Position numbers and translations under genes: made by a program. Positions 1 through 8,730 of a stretch of DNA of 64,000 bases are shown one piece after another. The first letter of the stretch is position 1. Each line of letters starts with the position of its first letter. Below the pieces are notes generated by a model. The model saw only the letters and a list, made by a program, of their open reading frames with translations. It made no database searches and had not been told where the DNA came from. Source of the stretch: Candidatus Brennerbacteria bacterium RIFOXYC1_FULL_41_11 (GTDB lineage: Bacteria; Patescibacteriota; Minisyncoccia; UBA6257; Brennerbacteraceae); the NCBI GenBank assembly GCA_001817215.1, contig MHHX01000019.1, forward strand, positions 16,302 to 80,301, written 5' to 3'.

Positions 1-2
1 CG

Positions 3-143
3 ACACAGTCGATCTGGTTTTTCGTTTTCAACTGGAAAGCGTTTGGGACGACAGTCTTAATTTTAATTGTATTGGTTCTGGCTCCTTTTGTCCTGAAAAA
101 ATACAATCAGTGGATAATTTCTAAAGCCTTAGGCAAGAGGTAA
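3..143 (+). CDS. C-terminal fragment of an upstream membrane protein (the gene starts before the window)
   Basis: Open frame from the window edge to TAA at 141-143; translation ...WFFVFNWKAFGTTVLILIVLVLAPFVLKKYNQWIISKALGKR is hydrophobic and TM-like. Confidence 0.35.
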   Translation, partial: TQSIWFFVFNWKAFGTTVLILIVLVLAPFVLKKYNQWIISKALGKR

Positions 144-171
144 AAAATAAGAAGGGCGCTATAATATCTTT

Positions 172-1143
172 ATGAAAAAGCTTTTGCCAACATTAGCTTT
201 TGTTTTTCTTTCCTTTTTTTCTATATCGTTCCTTAAGATTGACCAGCTTTTAATTAACTATTTTGTCAATCGCGCTGATGCCGTGGAAGTGACAGCAATA
301 GTCGGCAGTCCTTCGCCATCCATGTCTGTTTCACCAACGCCATCACCGACGCCTTCGCAAGGCGGTGGTGGAGGAGGTGGGGGAGGCGGGATGATTTTGC
401 CACCGACTCAAGCAACAGTAGTTTTTTCTGGCAAGGCTTACCCTGGCAGTAATGTGGTGTTGCTTAAAGACGCGCAGGTCGCGACAACAGTAAAAGCCGG
501 TCAAGATGCGAATTTTTCTGTAACGCTTTCCGGTATCTCCGGAGGAAGCTATATTTTTTCTTTGTACGGTGAGAATAGCAGGGGGAATCGATCTTCGCTC
601 TTAACGTTTCCGGTTTCAATAGTTTCCGGCGCAACAACTCTGGTTAGCGGAATTTTTATCTCTCCGACGATTGCAGTTGATAAATCTGAGGTGAAAAGAG
701 GCGATAACATAGTTGTTTTCGGACAGTCTTTTCCGAAATCAGAGATCACAGTTTCTGTTTCTTCCGAAGAAGAGAATTTTTTTAAAATTATTTCCGATCA
801 GGCGGGTGCTTACCTGTTGAATCTCGATTCTTCAATATTGGAAGTTGGGGATCACTTCACGAAATCAAAATCAGCGATCTCCGGTGAGATCAGTGTTTTT
901 GGTAAATCTGTTAGTTTCAAAGTCGGGACCAAGAATGTTCTGGCCGTTCAGGAAACATTGGCATGCCATAGGCGTTCCGATGTTAATGGTGATTGCCGCG
1001 TGAACTTAACTGATTTTTCAATCGTTGCTTATTGGTATAAAAGAGCATTGACCTCGGCTGTAAAAAATGGGGTTGATTTTAATGCCGATGGAAAGGTAAC
1101 CTTAGTTGATTTTTCAATCATGGCTTATTATTGGACGGGATAG
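172..1143 (+). CDS. Secreted dockerin-domain protein: signal peptide, Pro/Thr/Ser linker, 11-residue poly-Gly run, beta-sandwich repeats, C-terminal type-I dockerin
   Basis: N-terminal hydrophobic signal MKKLLPTLAFVFLSFFSISF. Low-complexity PSPSMSVSPTPSPTPSQGGGGGGGGGGG. C-terminus has two canonical dockerin Ca-binding repeats, DVNGDCRVNLTD-FSIVAYWY and DFNADGKVTLVD-FSIMAYYW, with D1/N3/D5/V8/D12 spacing and a following aromatic helix. Confidence 0.8.
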   Translation: MKKLLPTLAFVFLSFFSISFLKIDQLLINYFVNRADAVEVTAIVGSPSPSMSVSPTPSPTPSQGGGGGGGGGGMILPPTQATVVFSGKAYPGSNVVLLKDAQVATTVKAGQDANFSVTLSGISGGSYIFSLYGENSRGNRSSLLTFPVSIVSGATTLVSGIFISPTIAVDKSEVKRGDNIVVFGQSFPKSEITVSVSSEEENFFKIISDQAGAYLLNLDSSILEVGDHFTKSKSAISGEISVFGKSVSFKVGTKNVLAVQETLACHRRSDVNGDCRVNLTDFSIVAYWYKRALTSAVKNGVDFNADGKVTLVDFSIMAYYWTG

Positions 1144-1196
1144 CAAAAATTCCGCAGGCTGGATTGGAAGCTTCAATTTTCAACAACTAATTTTAA

Positions 1197-2135
1197 ATGA
1201 TTAAACTGAGAAAACCAAAAATATTGATTGTTATTGTTACTTGCTGTTTGTTATTTGCCGATAGCGCTTTCGCCGTTTCGATTTACTGGCAGGCGCCTTC
1301 TGAAGTCGGAGTCGGGCAAGGATTTTCTGCGGCTTTGTTGCTTGATCCCTTGGGAAAAGAAATCAACGCGATTGAGGGCAGGGTTGTTATTCCTCGAGAG
1401 CTGGAAGTCATTTCTGTAAATTCAGGGAATTCCCTCGTTAGTTTGTGGATCGAGAAACCAAATCCGAGCGGTAGTGGAGAGATTGTTTTTTCCGGAGTGA
1501 TGCCGGGTGGGTACCTTGGCGAATTGGGTCCTTTTTGGGAGGGTTATCATCGTGGCGAAATTTTTAAAGTGATGTTTAAGCCGGTTGCCACCGGGCAGGT
1601 TGAGATTTTGACTAAAGATTTTTCCGCTCTTTTAAATGATGGTTTGGGGACAAAAACAAATCTTAATCTGAAAAGCCACTTATTAGTAATTAAATCGGAG
1701 ATTCAGGCACCTTTAGAAAATATTTCTGAAGACAGGGAGGCACCGGAAAAGTTTTCAGTAGAAATTATTAAAAATGAAAATCTTTTTGAGAATCAATGGG
1801 CACTAGTTTTTTCGGCTCAAGACAAAGGTTCGGGCATAAACCATTATGAAGTTCGGGAAACATCTCCTTATCTTTGGCAAAGGTTTTTTCAATCCCGTTG
1901 GCAGGTCACTGAGGATGGGCCGTATTTACTGAAAGATCAGAATCTGAATAGTTTGATCAAGGTTAAGGCTATTGATAACTTGGGAAATGAAAAAGAGTCA
2001 ATAATTCAAGCTCAAAACACGATTTTTTGGTATCAGGATCAGAGCCGCTGGGTTATAATGATATCTGTGATTCTTTCAGTCTTTTTTTTGAGAAAAGCTT
2101 TATTTGGCTGGTTTTTAAAATGCAATAAAGTGTAG
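1197..2135 (+). CDS. Membrane-anchored cohesin-like domain protein: signal peptide, N-terminal cohesin-like beta-sandwich, C-terminal TM helix
   Basis: Signal peptide MIKLRKPKILIVIVTCCLLFADSAFA. Segment GQGFSAALLLDPLGKEINAIEGRVVIPRELEVISV fits the cohesin pattern G-x-T/V..V.V....I.A....L.YD...LEV..V. C-terminal hydrophobic WVIMISVILSVFFL. Confidence 0.6.
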   Translation: MIKLRKPKILIVIVTCCLLFADSAFAVSIYWQAPSEVGVGQGFSAALLLDPLGKEINAIEGRVVIPRELEVISVNSGNSLVSLWIEKPNPSGSGEIVFSGVMPGGYLGELGPFWEGYHRGEIFKVMFKPVATGQVEILTKDFSALLNDGLGTKTNLNLKSHLLVIKSEIQAPLENISEDREAPEKFSVEIIKNENLFENQWALVFSAQDKGSGINHYEVRETSPYLWQRFFQSRWQVTEDGPYLLKDQNLNSLIKVKAIDNLGNEKESIIQAQNTIFWYQDQSRWVIMISVILSVFFLRKALFGWFLKCNKV

Positions 2136-2163
2136 AAGAATAGAATCCGGAACAGTAAGAAAT

Positions 2164-3882
2164 ATGAAAACAATCAGGTTATTGAAATTCTTTGTTTTAT
2201 TTTCTTTATTGTATTTTCTCGGTCCCGGCCTTGCCGCCGCGGCCTCTTTATATAGTTCTCCGGCTGTCGGCAATATTTCTTTGGGTCAGACGATCACGAT
2301 TGGCATTTACGTTTCAAGTCCTCATCAGGCAATGAATGCAATCTCGGGATCTTTGAATTTTCCCGCTGATAAGCTGGAGGTTTTAAGTGTTTCAAAGTCG
2401 GGTTCAATTGTTAACCTTTGGGTTCAGGAGCCGAGCTTCTCAAATTCTTCTGGTATGTTGAATTTTGAAGGAATTGTTTTGAATCCGGGGTTTACTGGTT
2501 CTGGCGGTAAGGTGATTTCAATCCAGTTCCGTGCAAAAAATATTGGCACGTCATTGATCTCCTTTTCCAGCGCTTCAATTTTGGCTAATGATGGGAATGG
2601 GACAAATATTTTGTCTGGTTTAACCGGATCGAGTCTTTCCGTGCAGCAACAAGGCAATACAGTGCCCGGTACAGACCCTATTGGCGTTGACCCCTTGACG
2701 CCGCAATCGCCAATAATTATTTCTCAAACTCATCCGGATCAGGAAAAGTGGTACAGTCTTTCTGATGTAAATTTTTCATGGCAGTCGGAACCAGGCGTGA
2801 CTGGCGTCAGGACCCTTTTTGACAAACTGGCCAGATCTCAGCCGACAATCATCAACGATTCTTTAACAAGCGTCAAAAGTGTCAAGGGGATTACGGACGG
2901 GATTTGGTTTTTTCATCTTCAGTTGAAGAATAAATACGGCTGGGGCGGAGCCTCTCATTTTCGCGTTCAAATAGACAAGACTGAGCCGGAGCCATTCTCG
3001 ATTAATTTTCTTGGAGACAAAAATTCGGTCAAGTCTCAACCAAAAATAAAATTTGAGACAGAAGATAAGCTTTCGGGAATTGATTATTATCTTGTTAAGA
3101 TCAATGATCCCGTTGCCGTGAAAGTTTATCCAGAAGAAGTCGGGGGCAGGGAGTATTCTCTGTCTGTTAACGAACCCGGTCGGGGGCTTGTAATTATTGA
3201 AGCCTATGATAAGGCCGGCAACTCGCGGATAGAGACAGAAGATTTTTTCGTTGAATCCCTTGAGCCTCCGGTTTTTGAAGAGTATCCAAAAGAACTGACG
3301 GCGGGAAAGATTTTGGTTGTGAAGGGGAAGTCATATCCTGATTCAGAAGTGATTTTTAAAGTTTTAAAAGACGACAAAGAGATGCCAGTTCGGTCGATTC
3401 ACGCCGGCCCCGACGGCAGTTTCGTTTTTGTTTATGAAGATAAAGTTGCTGCCGGGGTATATAAAGTCAGTGCCAGGACTGTTGCTGATGATAGCGGCCA
3501 GAGTTTTTTCAATGAACCGATTTTGATTCCCGTGAGTCAAGGATTTTTGCAATTATCCGGATTTACATTTCTTAGCGCTATTGGATTTATGGCGCTGGTC
3601 GTCGCCATCTCGTTTTTGGTATTTCATATTTGGCAGCACATCAAGAGGAGATCTTATTTAACCAAGGAGATCAGCGAAGCTAAGACCGTTCTGTTGGAAG
3701 AGTTTAAAAAGCTTAAACGTGAAGCGCAAAAGCAGGTTGATCTGCTTGAAAATTTGAGACAGTGGCGCGAACTGAGTTTTGAAGAAGCGGCGTTGTTGGA
3801 AGATCTCGGCAAAGAGATTGAAACCTTGAGCTCAGCCGAAAATTTGATCAAGAAAGAGATTGAGGATATTAATCAAGTTTGA
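2164..3882 (+). CDS. Membrane-anchored cohesin-like domain protein (paralog of 1197-2135) with extra beta-sandwich domains, a C-terminal TM helix and a cytoplasmic coiled-coil tail
   Basis: Signal peptide. N-terminal LGQTITIGIYVSSPHQAMNAISGSLNFPADKLEVLSV is cohesin-like and aligns with ORF 1197. Internal VVKGKSYPDSEVIF resembles VFSGKAYPGSNVVL of the dockerin protein, so the two share a beta-sandwich. TM FLQLSGFTFLSAIGFMALVVAISFLVF followed by a charged heptad-like tail. Confidence 0.6.
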   Translation: MKTIRLLKFFVLFSLLYFLGPGLAAAASLYSSPAVGNISLGQTITIGIYVSSPHQAMNAISGSLNFPADKLEVLSVSKSGSIVNLWVQEPSFSNSSGMLNFEGIVLNPGFTGSGGKVISIQFRAKNIGTSLISFSSASILANDGNGTNILSGLTGSSLSVQQQGNTVPGTDPIGVDPLTPQSPIIISQTHPDQEKWYSLSDVNFSWQSEPGVTGVRTLFDKLARSQPTIINDSLTSVKSVKGITDGIWFFHLQLKNKYGWGGASHFRVQIDKTEPEPFSINFLGDKNSVKSQPKIKFETEDKLSGIDYYLVKINDPVAVKVYPEEVGGREYSLSVNEPGRGLVIIEAYDKAGNSRIETEDFFVESLEPPVFEEYPKELTAGKILVVKGKSYPDSEVIFKVLKDDKEMPVRSIHAGPDGSFVFVYEDKVAAGVYKVSARTVADDSGQSFFNEPILIPVSQGFLQLSGFTFLSAIGFMALVVAISFLVFHIWQHIKRRSYLTKEISEAKTVLLEEFKKLKREAQKQVDLLENLRQWRELSFEEAALLEDLGKEIETLSSAENLIKKEIEDINQV

Positions 3883-5104
3883 GGCAGTGGTTTTTGAAGA
3901 AAAATATTTTTCTAGATTTTTGAGCATTTCCGGGATTTCCAGAGAGGCTTTGGCTCTTTACTCGATGCATTTTTTGCGTAACTTTGCCGTTGGATTGTTT
4001 GGGATTTTCGTTCCGATCTATATCTTTCAGAACGCCACAAAACCGGTCATTGTTTCGGATATTTTTCTGAGTAATCTTTTATGGGTAGTTTTTTATTTTT
4101 TGGCATATTCGTTTTCAATGTTGATTTCCTCGTTGTTTTTAGGCAACTTGATCTTTAATTCCTTAGGATTTAAGAGATCGATTTTTCTGAGCATTCTGCT
4201 TTTGATCTTTGGGATTTTGTTTTTGGTTTTTTCCGAGAAAGTTTTCTTGTGGTCATTTCTCTCTGCTTTCTTACTTGGAGCTTGTGTTAATTTTTACTGG
4301 ATTCCGTTTCATGTTTTTTTTATTCGTAAGGCTAATCAGGGAGGGAACTATGGCAAGGAAACTTCTTTCCAGATTTTTTTAGGTAATCTTGCTGGCATCG
4401 TTGCACCGTTTATCGCTGGTGTCGTTATTTATTTTTCCGGTTTTGAAAAAGTTTTTACGATTTCGATCGCGTTTCTTCTAGTTTCTTTGTTGCCGCTGTT
4501 TTTTTTCGTTTCTGAAGGATTGCACCGCAATCATGATTTGAAAAAGATCGTTTCTGGTTTTTTGAAAGATCGCAGTAGTCGCCGAGCCTTGATTGGTCTT
4601 GCTGGCGCCGGTGTCGAAGATACGTTGTTCGGGGTATTCTGGCCGATTTTGCTGTTTTTGACTCTTATGGATACGATCAAGATCGGGGCGATTACCACGA
4701 TCTCGACATTTTTGTCTATGGTCGTGGTTCTTTGGGCGGGCATGATTTTTGAAGGTGGAAAGAATAAAAAACTTTTTGAGTGGAGTGCAATTTTTAACAG
4801 CCTACTTTATCTGCCGAGGTTTTTTATCAACTTCGCTTCCGGAATCTATGTTTTGGATATTTTGGATAAACTCAACTCAAAAATTTATGGCGTTGGGCTT
4901 TCTTCAAGCACCTATGATCTGGCGAAGCGTTTTGGAGATTCTGATTTTATCTTGATTCGTGAAGTGGTCTTGCATTTGGGAAGGGTGTTGGCGCTTTTGG
5001 CGTCTTTGGTCTTACTGTTATTTTTCCCCTGGAGAACGATTTTTTTTCTGATTGGAGCGATCTCTTTGCTTAATCTTCTGGTGTTGAAGGAGCATAGCGC
5101 CTGA
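3860..5104 (+). CDS. Multi-pass membrane transporter, MFS-like. The true start may be the internal ATG at 3965
   Basis: Roughly 10-12 hydrophobic helices across 414 aa. The first 35 codons overlap the preceding gene. ATG at 3965 (MHFLRNF) lies just upstream of the first TM. Confidence 0.5.
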   Translation: MRILIKFEAVVFEEKYFSRFLSISGISREALALYSMHFLRNFAVGLFGIFVPIYIFQNATKPVIVSDIFLSNLLWVVFYFLAYSFSMLISSLFLGNLIFNSLGFKRSIFLSILLLIFGILFLVFSEKVFLWSFLSAFLLGACVNFYWIPFHVFFIRKANQGGNYGKETSFQIFLGNLAGIVAPFIAGVVIYFSGFEKVFTISIAFLLVSLLPLFFFVSEGLHRNHDLKKIVSGFLKDRSSRRALIGLAGAGVEDTLFGVFWPILLFLTLMDTIKIGAITTISTFLSMVVVLWAGMIFEGGKNKKLFEWSAIFNSLLYLPRFFINFASGIYVLDILDKLNSKIYGVGLSSSTYDLAKRFGDSDFILIREVVLHLGRVLALLASLVLLLFFPWRTIFFLIGAISLLNLLVLKEHSA

Positions 5105-5168
5105 ACCCTGTTTTGGCAATTCTGGTATAATTAATTAAATAGTGAGCAATTAATTTTTTTGTTTAAAT

Positions 5169-5408
5169 ATGTTTGATCAATTGCCATCTTTGATGGCGAA
5201 TCGATGGGTGATCTTGTTTTTGCTGTCTTGGTCTTTGGTTTGGAAGGGCCTGGCTTTATGGCGTGCCGCCAGAAGCAGCCAGAGAAATTGGTTTATTGTT
5301 CTCTTGGTTGTGAATACCCTTGGGGTTTTGGAGATTTTTTATCTTTTTTTCTGGGATAGCTTCAAACAAATTTCGAAGAAACTTTTTGGTTCGAATAATT
5401 CATCATGA
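5169..5408 (+). CDS. Small two-helix membrane protein, hypothetical
   Basis: 79-aa ORF with two hydrophobic segments (WVILFLLSWSLVW and FIVLLVVNTLGVLEIFYLFFW). Confidence 0.4.
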   Translation: MFDQLPSLMANRWVILFLLSWSLVWKGLALWRAARSSQRNWFIVLLVVNTLGVLEIFYLFFWDSFKQISKKLFGSNNSS

Positions 5409-5418
5409 ATTTTCAATT

Positions 5419-5778
5419 ATGAAAAAAGTTATTATTGTTGAAGATGATAACGCCATGGGCAACGTTTTAGCGGCCAGAATTAGGAACGAAGGATTTGAAA
5501 CCATCCACGTCCTGAACGGTGAGAAGGCCTTGTCCCAATTGAAGCAATCGCCGTTTGACTTGATGATTCTTGATTTGATTATGCCAAAGCTTGATGGCGT
5601 GGCTCTTTTGGAGAAGATGTCGCAGGACGGTTTTAAGATTCCGGTCATTATCGTCTCAAATTTGTCCCAGGATACAGACCGCAGTCGTGTGGCAAAATAC
5701 AACGTGATTCAATTCTTTTCGAAGTCCGATATCACCGTCGCCGAGATAGTCGGTTTTGTAAAAAACTTTTTGGCTTAA
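5419..5778 (+). CDS. Single-domain response regulator (CheY-like receiver only)
   Basis: MKKVIIVEDD...DLMILDLIMPKLDG...; receiver-domain acidic pocket and conserved K; no output domain; ATG at 5419 checked in sequence. Confidence 0.8.
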   Translation: MKKVIIVEDDNAMGNVLAARIRNEGFETIHVLNGEKALSQLKQSPFDLMILDLIMPKLDGVALLEKMSQDGFKIPVIIVSNLSQDTDRSRVAKYNVIQFFSKSDITVAEIVGFVKNFLA

Positions 5779-5781
5779 GAT

Positions 5782-7581
5782 ATGTTCGTCGGCGGAGCCA
5801 GGCAAAAAGTAGCCAGAAGAAGATCTGGTTTTTGGTTATATTTTTCATATATTTTTTCTTTGTTTTTGATTTCAGTTTTGATTCTGGGATCCGGATTTGT
5901 GTTAATCAGATTTGTTTCGGGATTGGAAAATAATTCCAGGTTGGTTAATTTGGCCGGCGGGCAGAGAACGTTGGCCCAGGACATTTTGAATATTAGTCTG
6001 CAGCTGGCTAGCAACAAAGACAGTGACACTCAGGTTTTAAAAAAACATCTTAATCTGAGTTTTAATACTTTCGTTGATAATCAAAAAGCCCTGGAAGAAA
6101 GAAACCCCGATCTTGAGCTTGGCGGTAAGAACAGTGATATTATTGATGCTTTTCTTTCCGAGATTAAGCCTGATTACCAAGGGATAGTTTCCAGCGCCTT
6201 GATTGTCAAATCTCGAGCCCCCGGCGATCCGGTCGTTTTTTCAGCTGTTCGGGAGATGATACGTTTTGAAAATGATTTTTCGATCAAGATGGACAGAGTG
6301 GTTTCTCAGTACGAATTAGAGTCTAAGGAAAAAGTTCTTTATGCTGAAAGCCTTGCCATTGTTATTGCCGGGGTGATATTGGGAGTGATTTTTTCTGAAG
6401 CTTTATTTATTTTTTGGCCTTTGTCCCAGAGGATAAATCGGACAATTTTTGAGACGGAAAGATTTCGTCTTGCGGTGGAAAATACTTCGGATGCGGTTAT
6501 TATATTTAACAAAAACGGTAGCGCCATATATTCGAACGAAACTTTGGAGCATTTTACCGGGTTCTCGGAATACGAGCTTTTGGGAGAAAGGTTTGAAAGC
6601 CAGCGTTTTTGGGGCGATTTGATCGAACCTGATTTTTTTGACCGTATTTGGGATCAGGTTTTCGAAAAAAAAGAAAAATTTTCCGGAGAATTGATTCAAA
6701 AAAATAAGGTTGGTATGGAACGTGATCTGAAAGTATCTTTTTTCCCGGTTTTAAACAAGAGATCGCGGGTCGAGTTTTTGGTTGGCATTTTAAGAGATAT
6801 TACTAGCGAAAAAGAAATTGATCGTGCAAAATCAGAGTTTGTCTCTCTCGCTTCGCATCAAATGAAGTCGCCTCTTTCAAAGACCAAGTGGTTGACGGAG
6901 TCTCTGCTGGCCGGAGATTCCGGAAAGTTTAATGAAGAACAGGATTGTCAACTTAAAGAGATTTATGAAAGTAACCAGAGGATGATAGATTTGGTTAACG
7001 GTTTGCTTGATGTTTCTCGAATCGAGCTTGGAGTTTTCAAATTTGAGCCTCAATTGGTCAATGTTTCAGAGGTTGTTAGAACGGTTCTCTCAGAGGTTGA
7101 AGTTCAGGCAAAGAAGAAAAATTTGAGGATTGTTCAGTTCATTCAAGAAGGATTGCCGCAGATTGAATCAGATCAAAAATTGATAAGGATTATTTTTCAG
7201 AACTTAATTTCAAACGCCGTAAAATATACCGGCAATAACGGTTTTGTGGAAATAACGGTCAAGATAGCAAAAAAAGATCAGGTCTTTGATCAAAAACCGT
7301 TGAAGGAAGATTCTTTGTTCATTTCCGTTAAAGATAACGGTGTCGGCATTCCCGAGAATCAAAAAGACAAGATTTTCTCAAAACTTTTTCGTGCTGACAA
7401 TGTGAGAATGATGGATGTTGAGGGCACTGGACTGGGGCTATATGTTGTAAAATCGATCATAAACAAGATCGGCGGCGAGATCTGGTTTGAATCTTCTGTT
7501 TCTACCGAGACCGTTTCCGGAACAGGAAATATTTCCGGGACGGCTTTCTATGTTTTGATGCCGCTTCATCAGAAGCAGTAG
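5782..7581 (+). CDS. Sensor histidine kinase: two TM helices flanking an extracytoplasmic sensor, then PAS, HisKA and HATPase_c
   Basis: TM1 FWLYFSYIFSLFLISVLILGSGFVLI, TM2 LAIVIAGVILGVIFSEALFIFW. PAS-like NTSDAVIIFNKNGSAIYSN. H-box EFVSLASHQMKSPL, N-box NLISNAVKYT, G-boxes DNGVGIP and GTGLGL. Confidence 0.85.
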   Translation: MFVGGARQKVARRRSGFWLYFSYIFSLFLISVLILGSGFVLIRFVSGLENNSRLVNLAGGQRTLAQDILNISLQLASNKDSDTQVLKKHLNLSFNTFVDNQKALEERNPDLELGGKNSDIIDAFLSEIKPDYQGIVSSALIVKSRAPGDPVVFSAVREMIRFENDFSIKMDRVVSQYELESKEKVLYAESLAIVIAGVILGVIFSEALFIFWPLSQRINRTIFETERFRLAVENTSDAVIIFNKNGSAIYSNETLEHFTGFSEYELLGERFESQRFWGDLIEPDFFDRIWDQVFEKKEKFSGELIQKNKVGMERDLKVSFFPVLNKRSRVEFLVGILRDITSEKEIDRAKSEFVSLASHQMKSPLSKTKWLTESLLAGDSGKFNEEQDCQLKEIYESNQRMIDLVNGLLDVSRIELGVFKFEPQLVNVSEVVRTVLSEVEVQAKKKNLRIVQFIQEGLPQIESDQKLIRIIFQNLISNAVKYTGNNGFVEITVKIAKKDQVFDQKPLKEDSLFISVKDNGVGIPENQKDKIFSKLFRADNVRMMDVEGTGLGLYVVKSIINKIGGEIWFESSVSTETVSGTGNISGTAFYVLMPLHQKQ

Positions 7582-7643
7582 TTGAATCGTTAAGAGAACA
7601 GATGGCTCTGAACGAAAATAAAAGTCGCCCCAAAAGACGGCTT

Positions 7644-8363
7644 TTATTTTTTAATGTTTATGATTGAAAAGTATTGCGACTCAGCATAGCCCCATTCGAG
7701 GTATCCTTCAAGAGAGATTTCTCTGCCGATATTGTTTTCCAAGAAAATCCACTGGTCGTTTATTGTCGGTATGATGTCAATCATTCCGGTTTTATCAGGG
7801 AAGTTTTCCACGTTGGGGCTGAGTTTTTCAAAAGATTCAGACAGTTTTAATAAATAATCATAGCCAATATCCGGAGCCGGTCTGGCGCCACGTACAACAA
7901 TGCCTTGCAAAATTAGTTTTGCGAGGTTATTGCCTTGCTGTGGCCATTGTCTCAAAGAATCCGGATAGGGATTGCAGTTTGAGTAGTCGATTGTCTTTAT
8001 GCTTTTTACGCTTAAGACTGAACGACCATAAGCTTCGCGGATCTTATCTTTGTTTTTCCATTCTTCCGGGACAGAGCCAGTGATGCGAGTGCATTTCCCC
8101 ATAAGATCGTCTTTCATGTTATCAGAGACCAGATAATAACCCATGATTTGTTCTTCTTGATAGGCTCTATCGTAATCTCCAAAACCAGTGACTTGGTAAT
8201 TGGCGAAAGTCAACTCACGCGTTTGCTTTTCTTCGTCAAGCAACCCGCTGGTTCGGATAACACCGGTAATTATTACCTGGTTTTTTCTCATGCTCCAGAT
8301 AAACCAACTGCTAGCTCCCAGGATAGAGCAAGCAGCTATAATTAAAATGATTATTTTTTTCAT
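7644..8363 (-). CDS. Secreted or lipoprotein-like hypothetical protein
   Basis: N-terminal MKKIIILIIAACSILGASS (signal peptide with a Cys, lipobox-like); no recognisable catalytic motifs. Confidence 0.45.
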   Translation of the reverse strand: MKKIIILIIAACSILGASSWFIWSMRKNQVIITGVIRTSGLLDEEKQTRELTFANYQVTGFGDYDRAYQEEQIMGYYLVSDNMKDDLMGKCTRITGSVPEEWKNKDKIREAYGRSVLSVKSIKTIDYSNCNPYPDSLRQWPQQGNNLAKLILQGIVVRGARPAPDIGYDYLLKLSESFEKLSPNVENFPDKTGMIDIIPTINDQWIFLENNIGREISLEGYLEWGYAESQYFSIINIKK

Positions 8364-8388
8364 CGACGACGTCAGCTTTAATTAATTG

Positions 8389-8459
8389 TCGGACCGGGCA
8401 GAATCGAACTGCCGTCACGAGTACCCCATACTCGCATTCTACCACTGAACCACGGCCCG
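8389..8459 (-). tRNA. tRNA-Pro (anticodon GGG)
   Basis: Reverse complement folds as a cloverleaf: acceptor CGGGCCG/CGGTCCG, D arm GTTC..GAAT, anticodon stem CGAGT/ACTCG with loop AUGGGGU (anticodon GGG, U33, G37), T arm GGCAG-TTCGATT-CTGCC. Confidence 0.8.
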
Positions 8460-8535
8460 CATTGTTTATGGCTAATTATATTTAATTATAACAAAAACAC
8501 TTCCGGCTTTAGGGCGGAAGGTGTTTTTTAGAGAA

Positions 8536-8730
8536 TTATTTTCTTGCTGTCTTGGATCTTGTTTTCAGACACTGAACACAGGATTTTACTCTTTTGCCAG
8601 ATGGTAAAGTAAGCCACTGCAAGTTTGGATATTTCCTTGTGCTCTTGACTGGATTGTAGTTGCCGCGTAAAAGATTTCTCTTGCCAACAAGAATTGAGCC
8701 TTTGCCGCAGACTGAGCAGATTCGTGACAT
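8536..8730 (-). CDS. rpmB: Ribosomal protein L28
   Basis: MSRICSVCGKGSILVGKRNLLRGNYNPVKSTRKYPNLQWLTLPSGKRVKSCVQCLKT matches the L28 family (Zn-ribbon). Start trimmed to the MSRIC ATG at 8728-8730; the upstream 24 codons are hydrophobic and non-conserved. Confidence 0.8.
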   Translation of the reverse strand: MSRICSVCGKGSILVGKRNLLRGNYNPVKSTRKYPNLQWLTLPSGKRVKSCVQCLKTRSKTARK

